The notes below the pieces were generated by a model, which was given only the letters and a program-made list of their open reading frames with translations, was not told the origin of the DNA and did no database searches. A stretch of DNA of 59,452 bases, counting the filler, from Platydemus manokwari (taxonomy: Eukaryota), in NCBI GenBank assembly GCA_037951405.1. It is 4 parts of 4 records of this genome, joined end to end, with 100 filler letters (N's around TTAATTAATTAA, not from the genome) between each part and the next. Parts side by side here need not be neighbours in the genome. Positions count along the whole stretch, not along the records: positions 25,136 to 44,715 come from JBBMOY011844722.1; 3 more parts are not named here. One strand, 5' to 3'. The position numbers and the translations under genes were made by a program. This document shows, piece after piece, positions 26,240 to 38,900 of this stretch. The first letter of the stretch is position 1. The number at the start of each line of letters is the position of its first letter.

Positions 26240-27330
26240 TCACCTCCTTCCTGAATCTTTCGATAATGACTACTTGTTACTTCTTGTTACTATGCACCGT
26301 GTCCATTTTATCAATGTCCATCATGATCTGCTCTTGAAACTACGAGCCTAATCGAGGGAGCAGAAGCTCTTTAGTTCTGGATTAATCAACCTTTCTCTTT
26401 GCATAGATAATATATTCTTTCAATATCTCTTTGATGGTATTGAACATGTCGGAGCAATAAAACTGCCTTCTAAATATGTTTTCTTTGAGTCTAAGTAGTA
26501 GAATTCCTTGTGAATAGTTCTAACAAATTGAGAGGCGAAAACTTTTACTATTTCAGCGGCCAAACCCTTCTGTTTGTACAGTATCAGCGTATCATCGACA
26601 ACATTCAGGTTATCTTTAATTCTTATCTTTAAATGAATGTTTATCCGAGATTTCCGTCCTAATTAGAGTTATTTCACCATTTAGAAATATGAATATCTCC
26701 ACTATTTCTGCATCTTTATGCTGCGCTTAGGGGATTGTATGCATTATGTCCAAATTTATTTGTAGTTGAGCTAAATATATGTTTTTAGGATTTTCCGTTT
26801 GTGCTGCACCGTGTCTCGCCTTGCACTAGGAACATAGTGTCTCGTTGATCCTAGACTATCCATCCGCATTGTTGTGACTCTCTTCTTTTTTGTATCTTAA
26901 ATCGAAATCGTATTCTAACATAGTCGTTATTCTTGTTTAAAATGTTGTAGTCAAGAATACCAAGGTCATGTAATCCTACATCGCGATGAATATCTTCCAG
27001 TACACGTATTGTCTAAAGTAAATAACATATTCATGGATAGCCAGCAGCTCCTTCGTGGTAACACAGTATCCTTTCTAGCTCATTGTAAATAATCGAGACC
27101 TATTGTTTTTTCAGTAACTTGGCTTAGAATGGCCCCGGTTGCACTGCAACATTATCGAGTTCAAATATTCTTTTACGGAATTAAGAATTGGTGCTTCACA
27201 GAGTGCCAACTTTAGCTTCAAAAGAATTTTTTGACACTATTCTGACCCATGTAATTTCTTGTCTCCACCCACTTTTGCGGTGTTTAGTGGAGCAGATAAT
27301 ACAGGATAATTGATGAATCGCATGTAATAG
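26240..27330 (-). mobile_element. Ty3/Gypsy pol remnant (RNase H to integrase N-terminus)
   Basis: LKLALCEAPIL (~27220-27185), YCVTTKELLAI (~27070-27035), HNNADG (~26875), then decayed integrase-like sequence. Confidence 0.8.
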
Positions 27331-27439
27331 TTTATCATCGGAGGAACGATGTTAAAATGTTCGATTTAATGCAATTAATTTCAAATTTATCAGATGTTGT
27401 GGTAGCCCAAGATTTCGTAGGAGGAACTCGTTGAATTTC

Positions 27440-27830
27440 ACTCATGTTTTTAGTACACCAACTGTGATTATATGGAGTATCACTTATTTTTGTATTATTT
27501 AGAGGATTTGAATCGAAAACCGAGTAATTGAGCTAGTTTTGAGGGTTTTGTTGTCTCCACTTACCAGCGCGAGTTCATCGGCATATACTAGTCAAGATAT
27601 CCTATTGCTAGAAATCAGTAATCCTCTCATTTTGTTTTCCTCCATTTTCATCAATATGGGATTAATTGGGATAATAATTGAGATTAAGAACATTCATAAC
27701 TCATTTTCCTCCAATACCACTCGCTCATCACTGTAATAGACGCCCCCTAATCCCACAATATATCTACTCCAGAACCGTTAATCGTTGCGTTACTCCACAC
27801 CCTGGCGTCATCCTTCTTAAACATCTCCTC
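27440..27830 (-). mobile_element. Non-LTR RT fragment related to the 31.8-35.9 kb element
   Basis: Translation INPILMKMEENKMRGLLISSNRIS*LVYADELALVSG aligns with MNPILIKLENNKLGGLLLANHKIYCLAYADDLALIG of the larger element. Confidence 0.75.
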
Positions 27831-28249
27831 AAATCTGGTTCCATTTCGAGTTTTCTTGTCATCTATTGATTCAACACCACCGACGAAATGTATACAATGT
27901 GTTACTTTGATCTTCTACCTTGTGCATCACTGGATCTTCGATTGGATCAAATTGCTTCTCGACCTTGTACTGATTCATAAATTTCTACCTTCTACAATAA
28001 ATCTTAAAATTTAAATTTATTAGGTAATTTAATTAAGTTTTAAAAATTTTATTTAGTTATTTGAACTATTACTGACTAACTTAAAAAATCTACCGCTTCC
28101 ATATCAGGAACATCGTAGTGGTCGTTCACCTTTTTTAATTACGGACTTTTTAATCTCTTCCAACAATTTTCACTCTTAACACTGATAGAAACTCCATAGT
28201 GTCACAGAATCTCTACTCAACCGTTGTTGACTTGACGGAATATCTAAAG

Positions 28250-28980
28250 TAGTGGTTTTCAACCTTTTTGCTGAAGAGGAACCCCACGAAATCATTCCTC
28301 TGGCTCGAGTAATCTCTGTTTCATTTAATTGTTTTATGCAGAAAACAGCATTTGTGTTCAGAGTATTGTACATGTTTGTTTACGAAATGAAAACAAAATT
28401 GCACATGTTTGAATAAACTAAATTTATTCTTATCAAAAACTCAGTGGTGCTTCTTGCACAGCTCTTTAAGATTTGGTCGTGTTTTTGACAGACACACACC
28501 ACGTTCATCTTCCACAGACAGTAATTATGTTCGTTCTTGTGTTTAATGGTTGTCAGAACTGAAAATCCAAATTCACACAAATATGAGGTTGAAAATTACG
28601 TAAGATTTCGTAGCGCTTTCCAGGCAATTATAGGATTTTCCTTTTCAACCAGCAACCAAAATGCATTCAGGTTAAGATCAAAATGCTTCAACTTTAATAT
28701 CCTGTCATTTAGAAGACTAGCAAGTTCTTCTCCTGTTAATTAGAGCAGTTCATTAGATTGCTTAAATTATACGAATGGGTTTCTAATCCAGTCATACTTG
28801 TCAACGGATATCGATGGAAATATTTTTCAAGATTTGTTAATATAAAATCATAATTTCTTGATAATCCCTTTTAAAAAGACTTGGAAACATTTCCAAATTT
28901 CCAGCAACTATATGCTTCTTTCATATTGTCAATTTCTTTTGAAAAGCTTTTATTTTGTCAATCATGTTTAATACTTATGA
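28250..28980 (-). mobile_element. hAT (Buster/Charlie-type) DNA transposon remnant, transposase C-terminus plus terminal sequence
   Basis: Minus translation DKYDWIRNPF, FWLLVEKE, FSTSYLCEFGFSVLTTIKHK (hAT dimerisation domain). TIR-like AGTGGTTTTCAACCTTTTT at ~28251. Confidence 0.85.
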
Positions 28981-29171
28981 CCAAAATCTTCTTTTTATTA
29001 AATTTTGATGTTTTTGCAGTTTATATTTCCTTAATTTGATAAATTCAAGAAATATATTTAAAAAATATTCCTTAATAAAATGTGAATAACAATGATAATA
29101 ATTCCTTATTAATGAACATATAAAAGTGAGAGATTTCTATTTATTGTCATTATTATTATTGTTGTTGAAAA

Positions 29172-31163
29172 ATGCCATCAGATAATAAGAAATCAAAAGC
29201 TGCAGCTAAGAAATTAGGTGCCAAAAAACATCAAAATAAGAAAAATGAAATTGTTGAACAAAGTAAATCAAAAGATCAGAAAATAATCATCACTGACATT
29301 AACAATATCGATAATAATCAGAAAGTATCTAAGCAAGAAATCAATGATGATGTAATTGGTCTATCAACAACAACTGAAATAGAAAGTATAAATTTATGTA
29401 GTAATGAAGTTGCACAATATAGAAGTGTGACTGGTGTTCTATCTTCTCAGAAACAATCTCGTGATATTCATTTAAGTAGTCTTTGTATAACATTCCACGG
29501 TCAAGAAATCTTAATAGATACATCAATCGAATTAAATAATGGTAGACGTTATGGATTGATTGGATTAAATGGTTGTGGTAAATCGACATTGTTTGCCGCT
29601 TTATCAAATAATGAATTACCCATTCCTTCACATATCGATAATTATTTATTACAACGTGAGATGTCTCCATCTAATAAAACAGCTTTGGAATGTGTTATTG
29701 AAGCTGATTCTGAACGTTTACGATTGGAACAAGAAGCTGAATATCTTTCTCTACAAGATGATGATGAATCACAAAATCGATTAGTTGAAGTTTATGAAAG
29801 ATTAGATGATTTGGACATTGACAGAGCAGAGAAAAGAGCTGCAGAAATTCTTTTCGGATTGGGATTTACAAAGGATATGCAAAACAAAGCAGTGAAACAT
29901 TTTAGTGGAGGTTGGAGAATGAGAATATCGTTGGCGAGAGCATTATTTATAAAACCAGCACTATTGATGCTTGATGAACCAACAAATCATCTCGATTTGA
30001 ATGCTTGTGTATGGTTGGAAAAGGAATTGAGCAAATATAACAGAATTCTTGTTATTATTTCTCATTCAGAAGATTTTCTCAACGGTGTTTGTACAAATAT
30101 CATTCATATGCATGATAAAAAATTAAATTATTATACTGGTAATTATGATCAATATATGACGACGAAGATGGAATTGGACGAAAATCAAATGAAGAAATAT
30201 AAATGGGAACAAGATCAGATCTCACATATGAAGGATTACATAGCTAGATTCGGTCATGGTAGTAAAAAGCTAGCAAGACAAGCTCAAAGCAAAGAGAAAA
30301 CATTGAAGAAAATGGTAGATAGTGGTCTAACAAAGAAGGTGACAGTTGATAGAAATGTAGTGTTTTCATTTCCTAGTTGTGGTGAAATACCGCCACCAGT
30401 GATACAGATTCAGAATGTCAGTTTTAGATATGCAGAAAATAAGGTAATTATATAATTAATTATTTTCATTAAAATTTTCATCAAACCAATTTAATAACAG
30501 CTTATAATATTGATTGATTTTATTCAGCCTTTCATATACAACAACATTGATTTTGGATTTGATTTGGATACAAGAGTAGCTCTTGTCGGACCAAATGGTG
30601 CTGGAAAATCAACTTTGTTGAAACTGATTGCATCTGAACTACAACCGACAGATGGACTCATTAGACGAAATTCACATTGTAGAATCGGTCGATATCATCA
30701 ACATCTTCATGAAATACTCGATCTTAATGTGACACCATTGCAATGGATGATGAAGAAATTCCCCAATATCAAAGAAACAAATGATATGCGTAAACGACTG
30801 GGAAGATATGGATTAACAGGAATTCACCAGACTTGTCTAATCAAATCGCTTTCAGATGGTCAACGATGTCGAATAATATTTGCATGGTTAGCCGAACAAC
30901 GTCCACATATGTTGTTACTTGATGAACCAACAAATCATTTAGATTTGGAAACAATTGATTCTCTTGCTGATGCATTGAATGAATTTGAAGGGGGTTTGTT
31001 ACTTGTGAGTCACGATTTCAGATTGATTGGTAGAGTAGCTGAAGAAATCTGGGTGTGTAATGAAGGAAAAGTGACGAAATGGCCAGGAGATATTTATAGT
31101 TATAAAAAGTATTTGATCAAAGATATTGAAAACGTGGAACGAAAGAAGCTTATCGAAAGATAA
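29172..31163 (+). CDS. ABCF2: ATP-binding cassette subfamily F member 2 (soluble twin-ABC translation factor); exons 29172-30443 and 30528-31163, ~635 aa
   Basis: Two ABC cassettes ([26 protein letters not shown]; [23 protein letters not shown]) and no TM segments. Carries the ABCF2-typical [22 protein letters not shown]. An 84-nt phase-0 GT..AG intron (30444-30527) joins ...YAENK|[10 protein letters not shown]... in frame. Confidence 0.96.
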
Positions 31164-31799
31164 TGTATCAAATAAAATAATACAATGTATCGTGATCAAG
31201 TTATTATTAAATAATATTCTTATAATTAAATTTATATTATTAACGTTAATAAGTGTTATTGAATAGCATTTATAAATTATCAGATAATATTGTTTGTGCA
31301 ATATTGTAACAGAGACTGTAGCGTTTGAAAATACATTCGAACTGAAATATTTTATAATTTTATGTTTATTATTACATTAACAAATGTAGTTAAATATGAT
31401 TGGCTGAATTGATGGAAAAATTCGACATATTTTGAAAATATCTGCTAATAAATTGAAGTAATTTTTCAATATAAAACTAAATATTAATTAATAAACACAA
31501 ACTAGCGATAAATAAATAATAATTAAAAATATCCACATCACAACCGAATAAATAATAAAATAAAATTACAATTTTATCTCTAACAAACAAAACCAAATAA
31601 TGATTAACTATTAGTCTCTTTTAAATAATAAAATTAAATTCTCCAAGTATAATTAGTCAGTAGATTTTAAATTAAACTCTTCTGATATCATAGTATAAGT
31701 TAATCTATAGATTTTTACAAATTGTAGATTCGAACATCGAACTTGAATTAGTAAATATCTTAAGTAAATACATATAAACTATCAAAAATTTTAACAGCT

Positions 31800-34700
31800 A
31801 CAAAAAAACAAAAGTCCAATATTTATTTATAAACAATGTAAGTCCAAGAAGTCATACAAGTATGACTTATAATAGAGTCCTTTCCGAGGATTAGCCCCTA
31901 GTATCAAAGTTTGCATTTTCCAATCTTTCTTGGTGTCTTGGTGTTCATGTTGTTCCGAACGTCCACGATTGATAGATAGTATCTGTAAAGTCAAAGCCAA
32001 AAACAAAATACAAGTCCAAAAATACAAGTCCAAACCCACAAGTCCGAAACCATAACTCCGAAAGAAATAAAGTTCGAAATTACAGTCTCGAACCCACAAG
32101 TCGGGACTCATAAATCTGAAATTATCCGTTTATAAAAAATTTTGTTTCAAAGTCCAAAAAAGGCAATTCAAAATCCAAAAACCACAATGTACAAAAAAAT
32201 TACAAGTTAAAATTTCACAAGTCCAAAAAGTCAAAATCAAATAAAAATAAGCCAAAGTCCGATAAATTGAAAGTCCTCCTCACTTGCCGAAAAAGATAAG
32301 TCCGGATGGAACTTACTTGCCCTTGGTATATTGACATTTCTCTTACCCGTATGAAACTGCCATTGGAGGAACGATGCGCTAATGTTTGATTTAATACATT
32401 TCATTGCCAGTTTGTTGATTAGTTGTTGACTCAACCCGAGTTTTCTTAGTATTAAATCGTTAGTCTTAACCCAAGTGCTCAATACTCCAACTATAAACGT
32501 ATATAATTCCACCGTGAATTTGGGGAATTTTGTTTTTATATCATTACGTAATTGCTCATACTTTGACAGATTTTTCTTATCTGTTTCATCGATTAACTTA
32601 GGCTCATCCATTGGGCACTTGATATCAATGAGCATAATTGTTGATTTACGCTCATTGATCATTTGTAAATCTACTCGTAGGTTGGAATCAACAAACTGGC
32701 ATTTTTCATCTATAAAAATTCTAAAGTCAGTGTTATATTCTATAAAACGTGCGACTATATCCACAATCTCATTGTGCCTATATGTTTTAAAAGAACTTGA
32801 TGGAGGGCACATGGTAAAAATATGAGTTTGAGATTCTGTTGGATATAGGCACTTCCGACACGCCATACCATTCATGAATTTCTTGTTGAGTGTTGGTAGG
32901 GTGTCGGTCTTTGCTTTGTGATGAAGTGGAACTCGGCAATCGATAGATACCCATGAAAGACAATCTTGCTCCACAATGGGCTAACGGTACCTAAAAAGTA
33001 TTATACTCCTCCCACTTCTAACTTGCTTTGTTCATTCAATCTGATAAGATTGAACGAAACACCTTCTCAACAACTTTGGTGCCTCCTTGAATTTCCTGGA
33101 CTCTATGATTCCGGAATTAGAAAAGACCCTATCTTCGACATGTATGTTTTGGTCGACTCGGAGCATGATGGTTTCATTTATGTAGATGAATTGTACCTTA
33201 GTGTTTAACTTGTTTGCTGCATATTTGATGGACTCGCGGACTTTGCCCCACCATGTTTTGCTTCTCTGAGTCTGGGTCATATGTGTGTTAATCCACTCCA
33301 GTGCTTGTGATATGTTGCAAATGTCTGTGCATGTTTCTGTTTACGCAGCCTGGCATCGAGAATGAATCGAAACTTGTCTTATCATTTCGTGCTTGCTCGT
33401 TAGTAGGTAGAAGACATGCATGATGGACTGCGTAGTGTAATCCTCACACAAGTTTCTAAGCCTACACTCTCCGCTTGATTTGGACGCGTACAGATAGTTC
33501 GTACTGCAGTATTTCGGAACTCCTAATATGTTTTTTATATACTTTCTCATCATGACATCCATCTCTAGCAGGCGCGTGAATGTTATGTAGTAGTTTCTTA
33601 GATAAAAGGTGGACTTTGTCTGAATAAAAAGTTCGAGGGCTCTTAGTTTTTGCCACGGTAAAAGGATTGAATCGGTCAGTTTTTGTAAAGCACGTTGTAA
33701 GTCGTTAAACAGTCCCTCCGTTGAATTGTGTAATTTAAGTTAACTCCGAGATACCTATAGTGGTCTTCTAATGTTATTGTTGGTATCTCTTCATTGTTAA
33801 CTTTGATCTTATCAAGGAGGGATCCTTTTCTTTCGTTATGGACATAGCCACATTTTACTGTCATAAATTTGAAACCTAATATAGTGGCTAGGTTGGTGGC
33901 CTCGTTTATCATGTCTTGTATACTTTCTCCATTCCTCCCGATCAGCGCAAGGTCGTCTGCGTAAGCTAAACAATATATCTTGTGATTCGCCAAAAGTAGC
34001 CCTCCTAATTTGTTGTTTTCCAACTTGATCAAGATTGGGTTCATAGCAATATTAAACAGCAGCATTGAAATAGGGCACCCTTGGCGGACCCCGCGCTTCA
34101 TCTCGATTGGACTTGTCTCGTAGTCGCCACATTTCAGGGTTGTTTTGCAGTTCCTATAAATACTCTTTATAAACTTGGTGGAATAAGAGTCAAGACCCAT
34201 GTGTTTCAACAATCCAATCATTGCCTTGATGCTTATTGAAGGAAAGGCTTCCTCAATGTCTATAAATGAAATATGGATGTCATCTCTTCCTTTCCTAGAA
34301 TAAGCCTCAAGAAGAGTCCGGAGTAAAAAGTTGTGTTCTGCAAACCCATCCGTAGGTTCCCGACTCTTTTGCAATGGATCGATAAGATTATCTTCATCAG
34401 TCCAGGAGCTGAGCTGCTGGCTCAAGATCGATGTAAGAATCTTGTAACAATAGTCAAGTAACGCGATCGGCCTCCATGACCCAACCTCATTATAATGCCC
34501 TTCCTTCATCAGTTTGGGAATCATAGTTGTAGAGTATGTTCGCCATTCCTCAGGAATTTCCAACTCGTCAAGGCATTTATCAAATAACGTTTTTAGCAAT
34601 ATACATTCTGGGTCTCCATAAATTATGTCTTTATATCCAATGTTGTTGCGTCCTGGAGCCGTCGGGTCTTTCTGCCTGATCGTTTTGTATATTGTTACAA

Positions 34701-35900
34701 TGTCGATCCGTCTGAAGGAGAAGTTGGGGCCTCTTTTTGTATATTTCTTGAGTTCACAAATTTTATTACAAGCCTTACTGCATGGATCTTGACATTCTGG
34801 TAGTACAAAAAGACGTTCTTGTTTCTTGGTATAATGTTTCTCCAACTCCTCCTTCTTTGGCCATGAATCCGCATTTGTTGAGCGATTGATGATCTGGAAT
34901 GCTGCAGACGGAGCCACTTTGAAGAGATTCCTAAGTTTCAAATCCGTTGAGCCACGGTCCAGATCATTGGAAGCACTGCCTAAAAAAGCTTGATTAGGTT
35001 GTTTTATCGGTGTCATGTATATTATGTGCTTACAAATTTCTTGGTACATTGTGTTTATGTCTGCTCCTTTTATGTTGGTGTTTATGTTGTGTGCTAGACT
35101 TTTGCGTATCTCTATTGTGTCTTTTGGTGTCTCTTGTGGCAAGCAGAGTAGTTGTTCGCCCCTCTTGATTTTCTTTTCGTGTTGCAAGTATACGATGTTT
35201 GCCTTTTCTTTTATCTTTGTAATGTTTATGTTGTCGAGGGGTACTCTGTTGCATGTATTTCTTAAGTAGCCAAAGACTAGAGGACCACTTTCACCGAAGT
35301 TTGCAGTTGATGTTGACTGGTTTGAGTTTTTCATTTTTCCACAATAGTCGAGATATGTTTGTGTTTGTGATATTGATGATGTTTTCTTTCTCTTCTGTCT
35401 ATATATCACCTTCTGGGTCGAGTATTGTGATTGTTTCGTTTGGTACGTGTATAATGACCACAACCAACTTCTTAGTTTGGAGCCAGAAGTGGGCAGAAGA
35501 TGATTTCTCTATAGTCAAAGTATTTGAATGATAAGAATTCTTTGATGTCTTCTGTGTTGTCTAGGGCCAGTGCTATGCTCAGAAAGGGTTCTAAAATTAA
35601 AAACTTTCTACATCTTATCTCATTTCTTGTCATTGCTGTCATGTGCTTTTCTGAGAAGAGCAGGCAGTCATCATGAAAGTTGTCTTGTTGTGTTTTTGTT
35701 TATCCTCCTCCAATTCTGTGTGTTTTTGTGTTGTCTGGTGTGTGTGCTTGGCATCTAGTGTGTATGTTTTTAATGTTGATCTTGTTAATATTGAGTTTCT
35801 TTGTTATTCCAATTGCGTATGCGCAAATAAACGTTCCGCAGTCGTCATTATTTGTCTCTTATTGTATTTCATCCAAAAATTAGATTCAAAATAATGCGGA
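31800..35900 (-). mobile_element. Degenerate non-LTR retrotransposon of the RLE (R2 group, NeSL-like) type
   Basis: RT motifs TAPG, WRPIAL, DIEEAF, GVRQGCPIS, LAYADDL and YRYLGV (33676-35463). Frameshifted downstream fragments. CCHC knuckle CRKC..ESQTHIFTMC, RHN, and PD-(D/E)xK-type RLE LRVDL...LIDIKCP...KY (32237-32974). Repetitive 3' UTR ending in AATAAA plus a T-rich tail. The 5' boundary is approximate. Confidence 0.92.
32237..35520 (-). pseudogene. Frameshifted RT-RLE polyprotein of the NeSL-like element
   Basis: Collinear ORF pieces at 33676-35463, 33462-33656, 33341-33562, 33032-33280 and 32237-32974, separated by frameshifts and stops. Confidence 0.88.
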
Positions 35901-38900
35901 ATGTTTTGTGAATATGCTGACAACAATATTTATAACAATTGCAATCGGTTGTTGTTTAAACTACTCGCAATACTGATTCCGATGAGATAAATCTATGTTT
36001 AAATATTGTTCAAAAGATCATTGTCAACCAGCTTAACAATAAAATTATTGGTGGCGAATAGATCCCGAATTAATATTAGCTGTTCAATTGAATTGTTTTA
36101 CTCCAACTAGTTTCATAACTGATTTTAACTTGTCAGCTGGCTGTCAGATCAAAGCGCCTCCCGTCACCCACTTCTTACTCATTAAACATTCGCTTCATAA
36201 TTTTTAACAATTCAGTGACCACTTTAAATGCAACTGCTGGATTAAAATTTACTGACGTTCTCATTTCATCTCTCGATTTTGCTTCTGTGAGCAAAATGAT
36301 TGGATGCTGAACTTTTGGTCAGTGATATCTTTACTAATATTCCAAATTTATTATTTTTTCAGATAGCAGGTGATTAATCGATGTGGTCAACAAGTAATTG
36401 TTGTTTTCGCTTTGTTCTTTTCTTTTAATATTTTTACTTTAGGGATATTATCTTGGAGCATCGATCTTGTTGATCTTTGGAATCTTATTCAAGCTTAAAA
36501 ACCTATGCAAACTTTCGACGAATTTATCAATTAGATTTGCTCAATGCATTATTTACTGATTTGTTTCAATTTTCATGACAAGAAAGAAAAAGAATACGCC
36601 ACACGATGCGATTATTTTTATCTTTTTGCAGTTAAGTTTAATTCTATTATCATACTTTTATTTATATTAATGATATGATAATTATAGTAGTATTAATGGT
36701 AATCATACTAATACTATAAATAGAGTACTATTATATTAACGAATGATTTTATTAATATAATAATGAAATTATTTTGACTTCTTTATAAAACAGTAATAAT
36801 GATAATGCTTGTGTGATGATAATAACAAATAATATCGGCATCACTAATTCTAATTGTAGTCATTTTAATTTATCGTCTACAAAAATATTATCATGAAAAC
36901 AATAGTTTCGGTATTTTTTGCGGTGAAGGTTCTGTCATTCTGTCTTTTCGTTATATTTCCAGAGATTTCCTCAATTGATGGTCAAGCGAAAATTCTTCTT
37001 CTTTTCGTTTAATTGACCAAACGGCTTAGGAATTCTCATCTTGCATATGCTTGTCATTTGCATACGCTTGCAGAATTTTCCTTTTTGTTGGTTTTATTCT
37101 CAAATCTCCGAATAACATTGCTTCATTTAATTCTCGATTTCACCATAGTTGATTTTGTTGGATTGCCAAGTTTGTCAATTTCATTTGATAATTATGACCC
37201 ACTAAGCTTTACCCTTTCCAAAGTACCTGTATCTTCTTTATGACTCCATATTATACTTCTAATTTCTTGCAAGATTTTCACAAATATCATTGTCAAAAAA
37301 TCTGCACTGTTAGCTGCCAACACCTCTTTGCTTTTAAGGTTAAAGTCAAAACTTATTAAAATAATTTAATTTAAATTTTAAAATTATTTAATTTAGATTT
37401 AAAGCCTCACATGCACCGTTCGAGTAAATTGGTTTTTTGAGTTAGCTTCTTGTTTTTTTGTTTGACTTTACAGGAACTAACCTGATTCGCCTTATTTTTT
37501 GTTTTTCTCGCTGCACATTTTACATTCTGAAGATCCATCAAATAGTTTCACTTTTCTAGCTTTCTCATTATTAACAGTAGTCGTTCAAATTACATTTCCA
37601 ATATGTAAGCTTAATCAGTACTTCACATTTCAACTTCTCAGAAAATTTTCGTAAGGTTCTCTTAACTTTTGTTCACCATTGCTATTTAAAACTTTTCATA
37701 CTTGTACCTGAAATATATAAAACAATTTCAAACTAGGGAGGATTAATTTCTTTACTTTAGCAGATTTACCAGACAAATATATTTTTCTAAAGATAAATTT
37801 TATAGGCACACATTTCGAGATAAAAGGGACCAATAATATTAATAAATCTCAGTGATATTATCTCTAATTTGATACATATTTTCCAATCTTCTTCATAAAA
37901 TTAATTGTATAATCATTTACCGTTTTTTGACAACTCAGTTAAATATGTAAGCGGAAATCTAACGTCTAAAATCAATAAATTTCTAAAATATGTTCAGTCT
38001 CTCTTTAATCTTTTCTCTTCAAAATTCTATTTTTCCATATATCCAATCCAAAATACTCGTCACAATTCGTTCAAAACAAAATTTAAAGCGGTGCTCCGAG
38101 AAGTTCATGTTTCACAACTTTCGAAATTAAAAATCTTATTACTGGTGAGCTTTCTTCTATTTTTCGAGTGCTTTCCTTTTTTGCTAGGTTCTCGATTATC
38201 ATCCCTTTGAATCTTTTTGCTTTACAATCATCGATATATAGAGTATGGTAAATAGAATATTCTCGCTTGAAATCTGTCTTCTAATATCTGGAATTCTTGA
38301 AAAAGAATTTAGGACACTTTAATTAAATCATGGAATAGATTTTCAATAGAAATCCTAAAATATCGACCTTTCCAATTGGCTTATATTTATTAACTTTTTA
38401 CAGAACCGATTTTAACAAATAATATATCAAATTGAAGAAAATTAAAATTTATGAGATAATTATAGTATTATTTATCAAAACATTTCTGAACAAAGCGGTG
38501 CTATGTAATGATATTTTGAATGGGGGAATTTTATAAAATTAATGTGAGAGCCACTACTTAATTTTGCATTTTCTGACAGAAGTGAAAGTGTGACATCTAA
38601 TAATAATTCCTATGCTGATCGTTACTTCACGTTTCAAAGTAGCAATTTAACATGTCCCTTTGTGATTAAATTTCAACTCTAATAAAAAATGTTTCGGAAA
38701 TAGTATTTTATAAAAAACAAAATTAAACCCTTAAACTTCAAATCTTTCATTTATTTGTGATGAATAAAATAGGTTAATGAACACAAACTTTTAAAAATGA
38801 TTTGATTTTATAACTAAGTTATTATTTAATTCCAGCTTTATATATATGTGTGTGTGTGTGTGTGATAATAATTTTATAATATAGTCAAGTTGGAATTATA

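Noticed and set aside
29341-29784. Antisense and alternate-frame ORFs overlapping ABCF2, the MFS genes and the RT ORF
   Set aside because: Shadow ORFs of real coding regions with no independent support.
31760-31800. Spliced-leader RNA target at the 3' junction of the NeSL-like element
   Set aside because: Only an AT-rich TTTATATG. No GT donor follows it and no SL-like sequence is recognisable.
36900-38350. Coding-like minus-strand region with splice-like sites
   Set aside because: Stops in all frames and no recognisable domain. May be a pseudogene but cannot be assigned.
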